From: Lama glama
Taxonomy: Eukaryota
Length of the DNA stretch: 64,000 nt
Assembly: GCA_028534125.1 (NCBI GenBank)
Contig: CM052818.1
Coordinates: 21,020,001-21,084,000 of the forward strand
Reading direction: 5' to 3'
Part shown: one piece after another, positions 37,301 to 49,979 of the stretch
Numbering within the stretch: the stretch's first letter is position 1
How the letters are laid out: each line of letters opens with the position of its first letter
Notes under the pieces: generated by a model
Databases searched by the model: none
The model's input: only the letters and a program-made list of their open reading frames with translations
What the model was told of the DNA's origin: nothing
Position numbers and translations under genes: made by a program

Positions 37301-37894
37301 CTGGAACAAAGTTTCTTTGTGGTTCTTGGAGATTTTCACTTCTCTTCTCCACCTCCTGGTCTTTGCTCATTGCCTTCTTCCCTCTTTCCACACGTCCAAG
37401 CGCTCCTAGGCCTCTTCATGAAGTCATCCCTGATGGTCTAGCCTGGAGCCTCCCTCCCCTGACCTGCTGACATGCTGTAAGGGGAACCATGTTGGTTTGA
37501 GGTTTCCCAACAGGGATGTGTGTTCGGGGTGAACACTGGTCTTCTCCATGCCTCACTGTTCCTCAGAGACGATAGGGGAACAGATTTATAAGGCTTAATC
37601 TATTAAAACGTTTCATGGAGTCAAATACAAAATTGGCAAGAATGTTAAATGAAAGCTGAAATTGAAAAGAAATTTCATGAAGATCGAGGGCCACTTTGCA
37701 CCATACCCAACTGGACACTGGCTTGTCCCCCTTTCCAGGGGGGAACCTGGGCAGGCAAGTTGGCGAAGCAGGTGGTGTGATGTCAGGAGACAAGGGAGAG
37801 TCCCCTTCTCTTCACAGAGGCTGGGCTATGGGGAGGGCAAGCCTTGCTGATTGGCAACGTATGGAAATGGTTTCATCGGACTGCCGTTCAAAAA

Positions 37895-38130
37895 TAACAA
37901 CAGCAAGTGCCCCTTGTCACGCACAGCCTGCCTGTCGGGCTCTGTAGTAGCTGCACTGTGCACTTCCTGTCCGTCAGCCCTCACAACAGCCATTGAAGTA
38001 AACAGCACTCACTTTACAGCCGATGAAGCCAAGCCACCACGAAGTGAAGTAAATTACCCCAAGTCAGAAAGCAGATGAGATCAAGGTTGAGGAGACAGTC
38101 CCGCTCTGCCAGACTCTGACTTCCCGCACC
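37895..38130 (-). mobile_element. MIR SINE
   Basis: CCCTCACAACAGCCATTGAAGTA...CACTTTACAG...GAAGTGAAGTAAATTACCCCAAGTCA. Confidence 0.55.
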
Positions 38131-39266
38131 AGGCCACAGTGGGTATATTACAGAGAAGACTTGCAGTCTGTGTCTCCACAAATTGTCCGAGGCCCTCCCT
38201 AACATTCTGTGATTGTCTTGTGTTGGCCCCAAGTATCGCCCTCCCCTGTTGCAGATGCAGACTCCAGCTCCACTGGGGAGCTCAGTTTGCCCTACTGGTT
38301 CCTCTCCATCCTGGGGCTCCTGGGCCAGGTATGTAGGGACCTCACCCCCTGTACCAATATTTGGAAGGTCCCACGGGGGCCCCGGCTTGACTTATCTAGC
38401 CAGAGATAAAGTGGCTGATTTGGTCCATCCCTTACCAAGTTTAGAAATCACCAAGTCAGATCTAAGTGTCCATAAACAAGAGATGAGCATCAGTTTAGAG
38501 GGCAGCCAGGGGATGGCTGGTTGTTCATTTCTGCACACAGATTTCTCAGGGTGAGAAACCAAGCCCCTTTGCTGGGACAGCTCATCTCCAAGAACTTTTC
38601 CATCCAGTAAATGTCCTGCTTGATATTTTTCATTGCGGTCGCACTGAGGAACCCTGGTTATTTTTAGTAGCGCTCACCACAGCCATCGTGTTCATTTATT
38701 CCTACACATTTTATGATGTGTCTGGACCAGGAAAATGTGTGGCTGCTGAGGAAGGATCTTCATTGTCTCCCCTCTTTCAGCCTTCCCTTTCCTTGGCTCT
38801 TCCCTGTAGTGGGAGTGGGTTTTGACATCCCACACACACTTTTCTACCATCTGTTCTGATGTGTCTCATCTCCCAATAGACGCTTCTGACTTTAATGTTC
38901 CAGGGAATTGCCAAGTCTATCGACTCCTAGCATTTTCCTTGGCAGGGACCATGTCACTCCACAGAAATGGGTTGGGTGATCCACCAAGCCGCTTCTCCAG
39001 GCATTGGGCACAGCCACTGGAGCTTTCCTGACACCCTTCCCAGGCTCCGTGGGCTCTGGCGCGACCCACATCCCACCTCTTCCAAGCCCACTGGCTTTGA
39101 GCATCAACAGACTTTGGCGTCTCCCAGTCCCAGAGCCCCCAGGAACATCATTCACTTTTAAGCTTTATTTTCATCTCTGCCCAGCTCACCTGAGGCCTCT
39201 CGCCCTCACTGTTCTCTTCCAGCTGCCCCTTCTGATGGCTTCCGTCTTTCAGATCAGAGGGGAAAG

Positions 39267-39396
39267 TTCATTCATCCACTTAGCCAGAATTTGTTCAGAG
39301 TATCCATCCAACTCTCTTTGTCCTGGGCACTTAACAGTGATCTGAGCAGTGAACAAAACGGATGAAACGTCCTGCCCTCATGGTGCTTACATTCTT
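39267..39396 (-). mobile_element. L2 3' fragment
   Basis: GCAGTGAACAAAACGGATGAAACGTCCTGCCCTCATGGTGCTTACATTCT. Confidence 0.7.
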
Positions 39397-39586
39397 TCTA
39401 ACTCATCTAATTACCTATTAAAATGAAGTTGTTCGGAATTTAATATGCTCTTCCTTGCCTGCTTCTTAAAAGAAGAGTCTGGAGAAGTACAGTTTAATCC
39501 AAAAAGAAATGAAATCCCGATGGTGGAACTCCCAGTTCGCGTGGGGGCGATATTTAGGATGGAGAGTCCTCTTTGGTCCTCTGGAA

Positions 39587-39876
39587 CAGGGCTTGGCAAG
39601 GTACAGCCTGTGGGCAGCCCACTGCCTGTTTTATATGGTTCATGAGCTAAGAATGGTGTTTACATTTTTAAGTAGTTGAAAAAAATAGAGGAGTCATATT
39701 TTGTGACATGGGAACATTATATGACATTCAAATTACAGCATCCAAAAGTTCTCTGGAGCACAGCCACGCCCGTTGGGCTGCTTTTGTGCTGCAAGGGCAG
39801 TCACATAGTTTGCAACTGGCCTCCAAAGCCTAAAACATTCCTCTCCGGTCCTTCACAGAGAGTTTGCTGAGCGCTG
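39587..39876. mobile_element. MER58B-like hAT-Charlie element
   Basis: CAGGGCTTGGCAA...TTTGCTGAGCGCTG inverted ends and internal GAGCTAAGAATGGTGTTTACATTTTTAA. Perfect 8-bp TSD CTCTGGAA at 39579-39586 and 39877-39884. Confidence 0.9.
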
Positions 39877-40149
39877 CTCTGGAATCGTATGGTGGGGACA
39901 GCCATTTATTTTCTGTGTGCATCGAGCTGGCCCCATCAGGCAAGCAGGAGTCTCTCTTTCTCAACCTACCTATGGAAGAGACTCATAACGTGGACTTCAT
40001 GCTGGAGGCTGAGAACCTGTTCCTGACGTCTGTTTTCTCTGCAGCACACAGGGAGACAAGCCCTCACCTTGGGAGGCTGTGGACTCCTTGGTGGAGGACA
40101 GGGGCCCATCCATGCTCTCAGCTCTGCCAGGTCGAATAATAATTTTTAT

Positions 40150-40360
40150 GCCTATGGAAAGAATACAGGACTAACAGTCAGAGGGAAGGGGCTCAAATCC
40201 TCCCTCTGCCACTTAATTAGGTGTGTGGTATGGGGCAAAGTGTTTAACCTGCAGAAAGCAGTCTCCGTTCTCTCATCTGGGACAGGGCCTGCCTTGCCAA
40301 CTTCAAAAGGCTGTTATGAGAAACTAGTACAACCCTACAGGTGGAGGAGCTTTGTAAAGC
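40150..40360 (+). mobile_element. MIR SINE
   Basis: TCAAATCCTCCCTCTGCCACTTAATTAGGTGTGTGGTATGGGGCAAAGTGTTTAACCT. Confidence 0.7.
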
Positions 40361-40927
40361 GGACAGCAGCATGCCAAGCCACCATCTGTCCCCTTTCCCA
40401 GGTGGGGAGCAGTATTAGCAGAACTCTTCATCTTTCTAGTTTGTCAGTGGAGATGCAGTCAGAGTCCAGGTGAGACAGATCTAGAACAATGTTCCCTTTG
40501 ACCTTAGTCAGGGTCTGCCTGCCCTGAGGCCCCACCTCCCAGCCCTCCCCCCAGACCCCACCTACTCTCTGCAGTCAGTTTTGGGGATTCTTAACCATGT
40601 GGGGAGCATAAGGCCTCACACAACCAAATAAGAACCACAGCAGCACACCTGCTGCTTGTGTCTCAGAGTTTGGAGGACGCCACAGCTGCCCTCCATCCAA
40701 CCCCTGCAAACCCCATACAACGTATGATGGGACTGCTGGTCCCCTAGACAGATTCGCTTATTTCTCCCCTAGTCTGTAGTCCTCCCAAGTGCGGTGAATT
40801 TATTTCCCACTGTGTACCCCTGATTATCCTAAGATCGACAACTATCTTTTTCAGGTAGTTTAGGATTGGGGAAAGGGTGAAATGTGCAGAGAGGCATGAT
40901 TTTTAAAAATTAAAATCTCCCTCCCTC

Positions 40928-41075
40928 ACTGGATTATAAACATCTTAGGAGCAGGGACTGTTTCTGTTCTGCTGCTCTCCGTTGTGTCATCAACATCTAC
41001 GTGGTGCCTGGCACATGCTAGGGGCTCCATAAACATTCTTTGAATGAATGAAGGAAGGAATGAATGAATGAATGG
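40928..41075 (+). mobile_element. L2 3' end with (TGAA)n tail
   Basis: GAGCAGGGACTGT...GTGCCTGGCACATGCTAGGGGCTCCATAAACATTCTTTGAATGAATGAA. Confidence 0.8.
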
Positions 41076-42404
41076 TATCCTAAGATTTAGCTGTCTTCTC
41101 CTGTTCTTATTTAACTTGGGCCATTGATAGCTTTTATGAAAAAAAATATAGATCCCTTGTACGAGAAATGCAGCATTCTACACACAGTAGGCGCCTAATA
41201 CATGCAGTAGATGGTGACAACAATGAACATGAGGTTGAAAAGTCAGTCTCTCAAATCTCAAAACCAAACAAGAACAAGACATGTGAATCGGGTCAAAGTT
41301 TAGCAGTATCTTAAAAAAAAATTTTCATTTGCAAGAGGGCTAGATATTTTACTTCATACTTTGTTCAAGGATTTAGCTACTGTAAGATAATGATAACTTG
41401 GTACTTGGACTTATGACCTAGGAAGTTTGGGGTGGCTGTTTCATTGGATGCATCTCCTGAGAAAATTCTCAAACTAGGAAAAAATACTCTGACAGTGACA
41501 CACAAAGGCTGGTACTTATAATTACCATCCTCAGTGCTTAGGGGAAAGGCGTTTTAAAGATGGGCCAAAGAACAGATGTCGAATCCCCCAGCTATCCGTC
41601 TGCTGTTTGCTGTTTGTTGTGAGTCACCCTGGAGCCCATCCATCCCAGCACCAGTTTCCATGGGAAGCACTGATGTGTGACCAGAAGTGCGTGCTGATGG
41701 ATGGGCTCACGTGAGGACAGCGGAAGGCTGGGCCTCAGGCTTCTGTTGGCTCTGGCCTTCCTTGCTTCTTTGGTCATTTTGTTTCCTTTCCCCCACATCC
41801 CACCTCCATCACCTTTGTCCTCCCCGTCTGCGCTGGATTTTCACAATAAATGTGGACTCTGACTTCAGCTCCTGCAGCCCTGGCTCATCAAATACAGAAG
41901 TTAAGGGCTGTAGGAACACCTCTGCTTGGAACATTCATGTGGTCCATGCCACCCTTGGATGCACTCTAAGAAAGGAGAGGGCCATCTCCTGGATAGCAAT
42001 GGGAAGAGGTGACTGGCTTTCTTGGTCTCTTCACTTGGAGCCACAGGAGAGAACCCTGTAGCCATCCTGACTTGCCCACTCACTCCAAAGCTGTCTGGGG
42101 CGCTTTCCAGGTTTTCTAGCTGGCTTGGCCATTTCTGCTAGCAGACCTGATCTGTCACCTCCCTTACTATTCTGAACTAAGCATGGACAACTCCTCTTTC
42201 CCTTTATTTAAACCAATAAAATGCTGGGATTTTGCATAGGAACTTTGCTAGGAATCTAAGGAAAAACTCAAACACTTGGAATAGAGTTTCCTCAGCCTGG
42301 TGGACTTCATTAGCCAAAATCCTTGGTCGTTCTCCTGTTCTTCTTTCACTTCATTCCTAGACCAGCCACACAGAGCCCTAACCTGATAGGCCCATTAAGC
42401 TTTA

Positions 42405-43820
42405 GTCGATACAGACGGCTTCCAAAATGGCTATACCTTCCTGTGCTCGTATCAGCAGTGTAGGAGAATCCTAGAACTCAAGACACCATCCACTTTTGTT
42501 GTTGCCAGTCTTTAATTTCAGTCATTTTGGTGGATGTGTACTAGTATCAAATTGTGGTTTAATTTATGTTTCCCTGAAAAATAATGATGTTTAGCACCTT
42601 TCCTTGTACTTCTTGGCTATTCAGTTAATCTCTTTTGTAAAGTGCATTTCAACTCTCTGGCGTATTCTTAACTGGATGCAAGCCCTCCATCAGATACATC
42701 TACTATCAGATAAATCTTCTGCCAGTCTGTGCTTGCCTCTGCACTGTCATCATGCTCATATGGCCCAGTGACAACTTCCTGTAACATAAAACCAGGGTTA
42801 GGAGGACTGAATCCCCAGTATGGCCAGCTGCTTTTACTTGACTGCATTTCCAAATCACTTTTCAGAAAGTCAATAATATTTATAATTCAGCACCATAGAA
42901 GGTGCCCTTGTGCCCTCTCCCAATCAATACCCCCCTGCAAAAGTAAATTCTATCCTGACCTCTAGCGCCATAGATTTGTTTTGCCTGCACTGTCCTTCAC
43001 ATAAATGGAATCACACAGCATGTACTCTTTTGTGTCTGGCTTCTTTTGATCTGCATTATGTAGACAGGAGTCATCCACTTTGTGTGTAGCAAGAGTTTGC
43101 TCCTTTTCATTGCTATATGATATTCCACTGCGTAAACAACTGCAATTTGGGTTGTTTGCACCTTGATGCTATAATGAATAAAGTTGATATATATTTATAT
43201 TACTTTATAAAATATTTCTATTTATAAACATGAAAAATATATAAAGCTATATTCTTGTACCTCAATTGATGGACAAATGCAATCTTGGGTGTCTACCAAG
43301 GGAGGGAGTTGCTGGGCTGTAGGGTATGAACTGGTGCTTTGTTTCAGTGGGTACTGCCCATTTTCCAAAGTGGTTTTATCGCTTTTTACCAATTCCCACC
43401 CACAGTGTAAGAATTTCAGTTGCTCCACATCCTTTCCAGTGCTTGGTATGGTCAGTGTCTTGTTTTGCTTTGTTTTGTTTTTAAATTGTGGCCCTTCTGC
43501 AATGTGTGTATCCTAGTGAAGTTTTAATTTGCATTTTCCTGATGACTGGTAACACTGAGCACTTTTCATATGCTTGTTGGCCATGTGGATACCGTCTTTT
43601 GTGAAGTAGCTGTTGAGTCTTCTGCCCATCCATAAGCTTTGGTTTGTATTTTTCTTATTGATTTGTAAGAATTCTTTATATATTCTCAGATATGAATCCT
43701 TTGTCAGAGATATGTAAGAGTATTTTTCTCACAGTCTGTGGTCTGCCTTTTCATTCTCTTAATGACGTCTTCTGATGAAGGGACGTTCTTAATTTGAATG
43801 AAGTTCAAAATATCAACCTA
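42405..43820 (-). mobile_element. Ancient L1 fragments (ORF2 end and 3'UTR; probably two pieces)
   Basis: ATAAATGGAATCACACAGCATGTACTCTTTTGTGTCTGGCTTCTT; TTTTAATTTGCATTTTCCTGATGACT...GAGCACTTTTCATATGCTTGTTGGCCAT. Confidence 0.8.
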
Positions 43821-44489
43821 TCTCTGCACCTGCTTTGGGTTCTCTCTCTGCTCTGGGTTCCCAGGCTGCAGGCTGCTCTGTCCTGACCTGCACATCCCTT
43901 CTGCTCCACTGGCTTGCCTAGATTCCCTGGGTGGAAGTGGGGCTTTTCTGACTCGTGCCTGAACTTATTTCCTCTGTGGTCACAGGTCTTGAAGGCTGGC
44001 ACTGTCATCCTCCTGGGAGACTCTCTGCCCACCATCAGCAGCCAATAAGCCTTCCCTAGGTCCCTATGCGTTTCACATTCCAGTCCAAGCCCCATCCCAG
44101 GCTCACTGAGCAGGCAGAGGTGATTCACTCACCTTATCAAGTCCTTCCTGGCTCTGGGTAGGCCTCCCCCTCTTCACCCCACTTTGATAGGTGATCTTTG
44201 ACACTCCTTTCACTGTCCTCTTGGCAAGGGAACACTTCTTAAGATCCCCACTCTACTGATTACAATATAAAGTTACTTTTCACCTTAAGACCAAGGTCTA
44301 ATAAATATCACAGGCTCAGTGTTTAAACTCCAAATTTGGGCACAGCATAATCCAATCAAAATAGATTCAAATGGCTGTGACCACTGCACGTGTCTGAAGT
44401 CCTGCTAGAACTGCCCCTCTTCCTCCTTCTAAGGGCTCTTTCACTTGGAAGTGGAATGATCTGGAAATGCAATAAAATAAAAGCAGAAG

Positions 44490-44913
44490 TTCATAGATAT
44501 GAAAAAATTACATCTTCATTTCTACAAACCTCTATTTGAAAATTAGCATTTACTTTCATTATGAACACAGACAACAAACTATGATACAGCATCGCCGTCC
44601 CTGTGACTTTGTTACCAACAGAAATCACAGATACCGTCACATCACATTATATTTATTGATGACAGTTTGAATTATCACTCACACTTATCCCTATTTCAGT
44701 ATTACGTAAGTTGTTAGACCCAACACTAGATTTTGCATTTAATGGGTTAATAAAGAAGCAAGTATAATACAAATATTTTGTTTCCTAAGTATATTCTGAT
44801 AACTTTATTTCATTTTAATTTATGTATTTAAGAACACTATTCTGAGAAGTAGTCTATAGATTTTACAAAACTGCCCAAAAGGTCCCAGGCACCAAAAAGA
44901 TTTAAAAACTCCA
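44490..44913. mobile_element. hAT-Charlie family fragment
   Basis: Ends ...ATTCTGAGAAGTAGTCTATAGATTTTACAAAACTGCCCAAAAGGTCCCAGGCACCAAAAAGATTTAAAAACTCC, resembling a Charlie terminus. Confidence 0.6.
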
Positions 44914-44919
44914 GCTGAT

Positions 44920-45231
44920 GCACAGCAAACGAAACCATAAGCAAAACAAAACGACAGCCTGTAGAATGGAAGAAGGTATTTGCAAATAATGTGACTGACA
45001 AGGGCTTAATTTCCAGAATATACTTGCAAATATTAACTAGTATATATAAAATAGATAAACAACAGGTTTCTTCTGTATAGCACAGGGAACTATATTCAAT
45101 ATCTTGTGGTAACCCATAATGAAAAAGAATATGAAAATGAATATATGTATGTATATGTATGACTGAAACATTATGCTGTACACCAGAAATTGACACATTG
45201 TAAACTGACTATATGTCAATTAAAAAAAAAA
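44920..45231 (+). mobile_element. L1 with internal deletion (ORF2 piece fused to the distal 3'UTR)
   Basis: 44920-45023 encodes TANETISKTKRQPVEWKKVFANNVTDKGLISRIY. 45024-45220 aligns to the 3'UTR at about 3009-3205, and poly-A lies at 45222-45231. Confidence 0.85.
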
Positions 45232-46714
45232 CTCGTTGATAAGAGACAGTCTTAAATCCATAGCAATCTAAAGTCATGCAGTGCCCTAGGCTGATGATCA
45301 GCATCTATGCTTCTGGGTCAAGTGGTGCTGAAAGTCTGCTCCACCTTCGTTACCATGTTCCTTTGGGATGGGGGTAGGGATGGAAGCATCTCAAGGGGCC
45401 CGGGCATGTGGCTCCAGTTTTCACTGGATTCTGGCATTCCAGGGATTCTGAAAGAACAGGGCATCTCTTTTGCAGGTCAGAGGAAATGGGTAGCTCTCCA
45501 GCTAAACAGATTTCATGCTTGACTTCAGGGGAATAGCCAAATGATGATGTGTTTGGGAGAGAAAATTAAAGAGGTAAGCAGGCATGCTAGTTTTATTTGG
45601 TTTAACTTTTGCTGGTTTAGTTGCTCCCCTAAGCATTTAAAAAGAAGAATATAGGTTGTCAGTCCTCTTTTCCCAGCATCACTGCCTCTCCTATCCCCCA
45701 GTTCAAATTCTGGCCAGATCCTGCTTCTCAGGAGGCACTGACCTTGGATTTGCTTGAAGAGAAGGCCTTATCCAGATCTCTTCTTTCTCCAGGCCAATTG
45801 AAACATGACTGTCTCTTTTCTCATGACTCCAAATACTGAATCTTGATTTCACTTACTCCTCCCAGCCCCATTTCTCCTAATTGCTATCCTTACTTGCATT
45901 TCTTGGACCAGAATGCTCATGAAGAAGCGTTGTCTTCCTTCCTCAGAAGCAGTGCTTCTGTGTTGTCATTTGATGTTGAACAAAACATAAAATGGAAGAG
46001 GTTTGGTAACATCACACATGAGTTGAATTCCTTGTCTCATGGCATGAAGAACCAGAGAGGTCTAAGGTCCTAAGAACTGGGGAAGTATGCTTCATGTTAC
46101 TATCTAAATATCCTTAAGCAGTGTATTTCTTTTTGAATTTCCCATCCCCATCTATGAACCTCCACCTACCCAAGGCATCCTAACTTTCCATTTCATCATA
46201 CAAGCCACTGGAATAGGAAGTTGAGATGGTTGTGAATCAGATGCGACACTTCCATTGACCCCTTCGTCTTCTTCCATAAAGAATGGTGTTGACATGGCTG
46301 CAGCCACCTCTCCCTCCTCCCTTCTCCCCATTAAAGTCGCTTATTTTGAATGTTTGACCGTGTCATTTTCAAAGAAAAGAGACTGCAGCAGTTGGTGTGC
46401 ATGGCATTCTTCCAGGGTGCTCTAAGTTCTCTAGAAAAAGCTAAGCTGTCATTTGTTGTTATCAGGACCACTAGCCAAACTGTTGAAGTTGCCAGAGTTT
46501 TATTAGTTCTGTTTTGCAATAGTCCCTCTTGCTGTGGAGACAAACTGGGGAACTCTGCCTTCGTGCTGGCTTTGTTTTGTAGTTCTTAGATGTGTAATAC
46601 AAATGAATGGTTTTGAGCTGTTTCCAGCCTGAAGTGATGGGCATCAGTTTCTTGGACACTGCTCGGAAATCTGTGACTGAGCAGAGTTGTAATGCTCTGA
46701 AGGCAAGCCGCCGA

Positions 46715-46890
46715 GCAACTAGGTTCAGACTCTGGGAGTCACAACTGGAACTTGGTGACTCTAGTTCTGACTTTTCCACTAATCAGCGTGTGACCTTGGG
46801 TAGGCCCTTTAATGGTTTTGGTCCCCAATTTGTGCATCTATAAAAGGAGAGAGGAGGCCTGGATGAGCTGTAAGTCCCTTCCAGCTCTGT
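46715..46890 (+). mobile_element. MIR/MIR3 SINE
   Basis: CCACTAATCAGCGTGTGACCTTGGGTAGG...CATCTATAAAA...AAGTCCCTTCCAGCTCT. Confidence 0.7.
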
Positions 46891-49800
46891 CCTTGTATTA
46901 TTCTAATAAATGCATCACAAAAGTCACAAAAAGTTCCCAATTATAGAAATCAAGCAAAATAACCATGATTCTGTTTTATAGGGTGTTAAAAATTCCTTTT
47001 TGACTTTTGAGGCTCTTGATGACTCAATATGTGTACCCCTGAAATTCTACTAGATCCCTATAAACTATTTTTAAAAATTGATTTGGGGCCAGTATTGAAA
47101 TCCTGGGTCTCATTATCTGAGTCTCAGATTCTGAGTTGTAAGAAGGTCTATTCAAAATGGTATGTTTTTCTTGCAGCAATTGTTATGTGGTCAGATTTTA
47201 TGATGTTTTAACATTCATTGCCATTCATTGTCTAAACACTCTTCTATAACCCAGTCAGTATGTGAAATTAATAAGTAGAATGGAATTCATTCTGGGTTTG
47301 ATTTCATCTGCTGATTCCAGTGGAAGGCCTCTCTTATATCTGTTCCTTCTTTCTCAACATGGTTAAGACAAAGAGACTTGGAAAAGTTGAGACTCTGCTC
47401 ATGACTTTCAATCTCTGTGACTCTGGGCGAGGAAAACAAATGTTGCTCTGTGTCTTCATCCTTAAGTTTAACAACTGTAAAACACAGTGATGTTTCACAT
47501 GAAGAGAAATCTAGTCATTGGCACTATATTTTTTGACTGATTAAGTCACCATATTGCTTTCATACTTTTCAAATATAGTTTTCCCACCTGTATGATGCTC
47601 ATAAGTAATCATGTTTTAATGTTATATTACATTTACTTCTGTGATTGTATAATGCTTCAAGAAGGAGGAATGAGAAAAGAGGGCTTCAGAGGACACAACG
47701 CTATTTCACAGTTCAATTGCATCTCAGGCAAAAGGCCAGCCTGTTCAGGCTGCTGTTGAATGCTACATTTAGCTATTTAAGATTATGGGATGCCACAAGT
47801 GGATTCTTGGAAGGCTGTGTCCTTCTAGTCAAGTCATTCCCTCATCAAAGAAGGCTCTCTCTCTCTCCTACCTTTCTATTTCTGGCTCTACAACTACCTC
47901 TCCCTCCTAAGTACACACAAACACTTGTACTTGGACTGTATTTTCCAAAACATATACTTAAGTGTTTCATTTACTGATTGCTTTGCTGTTCTCCAAATGA
48001 CCCAGCATTTTGTCGATGAAAGAGCATAAATCATGCCTTACATGGGATTCGGTAGGATGTGATGTTTAGAGAAAGGAAAATATGCTTCCTTATAGAAGGA
48101 CCAGGCACTACACCATCTGGCTTGGAGAGAAAAAATTTCAGTCATTCATCCTGATGTTTTGTCTACATAGTACCAAACATCTGGAACCTGGGTGACAGAC
48201 TGAATTTTTCACTTCACGTCCAGATGTTTTTGCATTATGCTGAAACAACCTTAAGAAGTCAGCTGTATTTTTTAAGAATTCAAACACGGAAAGCATCAAT
48301 GTTGTACTAATTTCATTTAAGTTTTGAGATAGAGAAGACGAATGAAATAGAAGCAAACTTCAGCTGGTTTTTTATGCAACAGGACCATTTAAGAAAAAAA
48401 GCCACACATTTTGCCAATTCCACTATGAGATTAAAAGAATTAAGAAGAAATATTCCCAGAAATACTGTCACTAGAAATACAATGATCTGGACTGTTCCTC
48501 CACAGCTGAAATGCTCTGATTCTGCAAATTCAGGTAAGGCTCATACAGTTAAGAGATAAGAAATCGTTCTCCAAAATAATTGCTTAATAGTTTAAGAAGT
48601 AAGTTTCTTTCCAAGTGACTCTGTGAATACATTTATTTCTTGAACACCACTGAGAAAGCAGGACAGATAGGTTATCAGGTTCTAACAGGATTTGCAAGGA
48701 GAGACCTTTTAAAGCTACATTTTTGAGAAATACTTTTAATGATTTAAAATGAAGAATAAGATTTCATCCACTGGAGCCACCTTGAACATCCGTCACAAGA
48801 ACACGGGTAGAAAGGAATGTTTAAACATACTGCAATACAACCATCAGAAAAAAAATGTATTTTGGGTCATTTGGAGAATTGCATTTCTCTTGTCCTTTCT
48901 CATATTAAATAGAGTTGAAGCTAATGCTTGTAAGAAAACATGTTTGGAACGGATTTCTTGTCTTAGAAGACACAACATTTAATCTGCCTCTCAACTGCCA
49001 ACAGGCTTTGTGGGCATTTCTGTGCCATGAAAATTCCATGTGGAGATATTTTTCATTATCTCCACAAAGGCGTAGAGAGTGTGTGTATAACACACAGGGG
49101 TGTTATTGAACTGAACTGGCCGGCTGCAGGATTTTTGCTGACTCAGCACATGGTTTCTCTTCTCCAGATTACTAAAACAACTTTCCTCTGGGATAAGGGC
49201 TTCACAGAAAGCAAGCGGGAATAGAAATACAGAGGGGCCTTATTTTCACCCTTAATTATAGCAAGTCCAGAGGCAAATGCAAAATCAGTACTTTCCCAGG
49301 TTTAAAAACTGCCTCTCCCCGGACCCCTGCGCCCGTGGGAGTTGCATTAAGTTGGAACACATCTTGTTTTTCACCAAGAATTTGCCCCAGGCCTCTTCCC
49401 CTTAGGATGACTATTCTGAGGCGGGTTGCCTGTGCCTTTTTAGAGCTTATGTACAGTCTTTTAAATGAGGCAGGTCAATCCCTTTTTATGGACTTGCATC
49501 AGCAAACATTTGAGAGTTACACAAGCTACATATTCCAGACACTGCCTACAAATTGGTAGGGCTTGGGGTTATGTGGGGTCCCAGCACTTGTCCACCTTCT
49601 CTGCCTGACTCAGCGTTGGAGCCTTCAGAGATTTAGGGTTGTGTGTGCACGTGGATCACAACGTGCGTGCTAAACCGCAATGGCCAGTTCCTATACACAT
49701 CAAAGGTTCTCAAAGTTCAATCCTCAGTTCCCTGACACACTCAGCTGTCTGGTGTGGTGGGAATTGCTGGGCTACTAGCTGGCTCTCAAAACTGAATCTT

Positions 49801-49979
49801 GTGAACGTCCAGTCTCCCCAAAGCCCCCCACCTACCCCGCCTTTGGCCTCCCCCGTGACCGGCTCGCTAATCAATGCAAATGTTGTAGGCGGCCAGGCCC
49901 GCAATTGGCATTCCAGAGAGCGAGGACCACCAGCCGAGCTTTAAATAAGTGCAGATGTGACAGGCTGGAGTCCCAAGGA

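Noticed and set aside
42886..42906. REST/RE1-like motif TTCAGCACCATAGAAGGTGCC
   Set aside because: The right half-site deviates at key positions (no GGACAG) and it lies inside an old L1 remnant.
49039..49066. 10-bp inverted repeat TGTGGAGATA...TATCTCCACA
   Set aside because: Too short for a pre-miRNA and plausible by chance in 64 kb.
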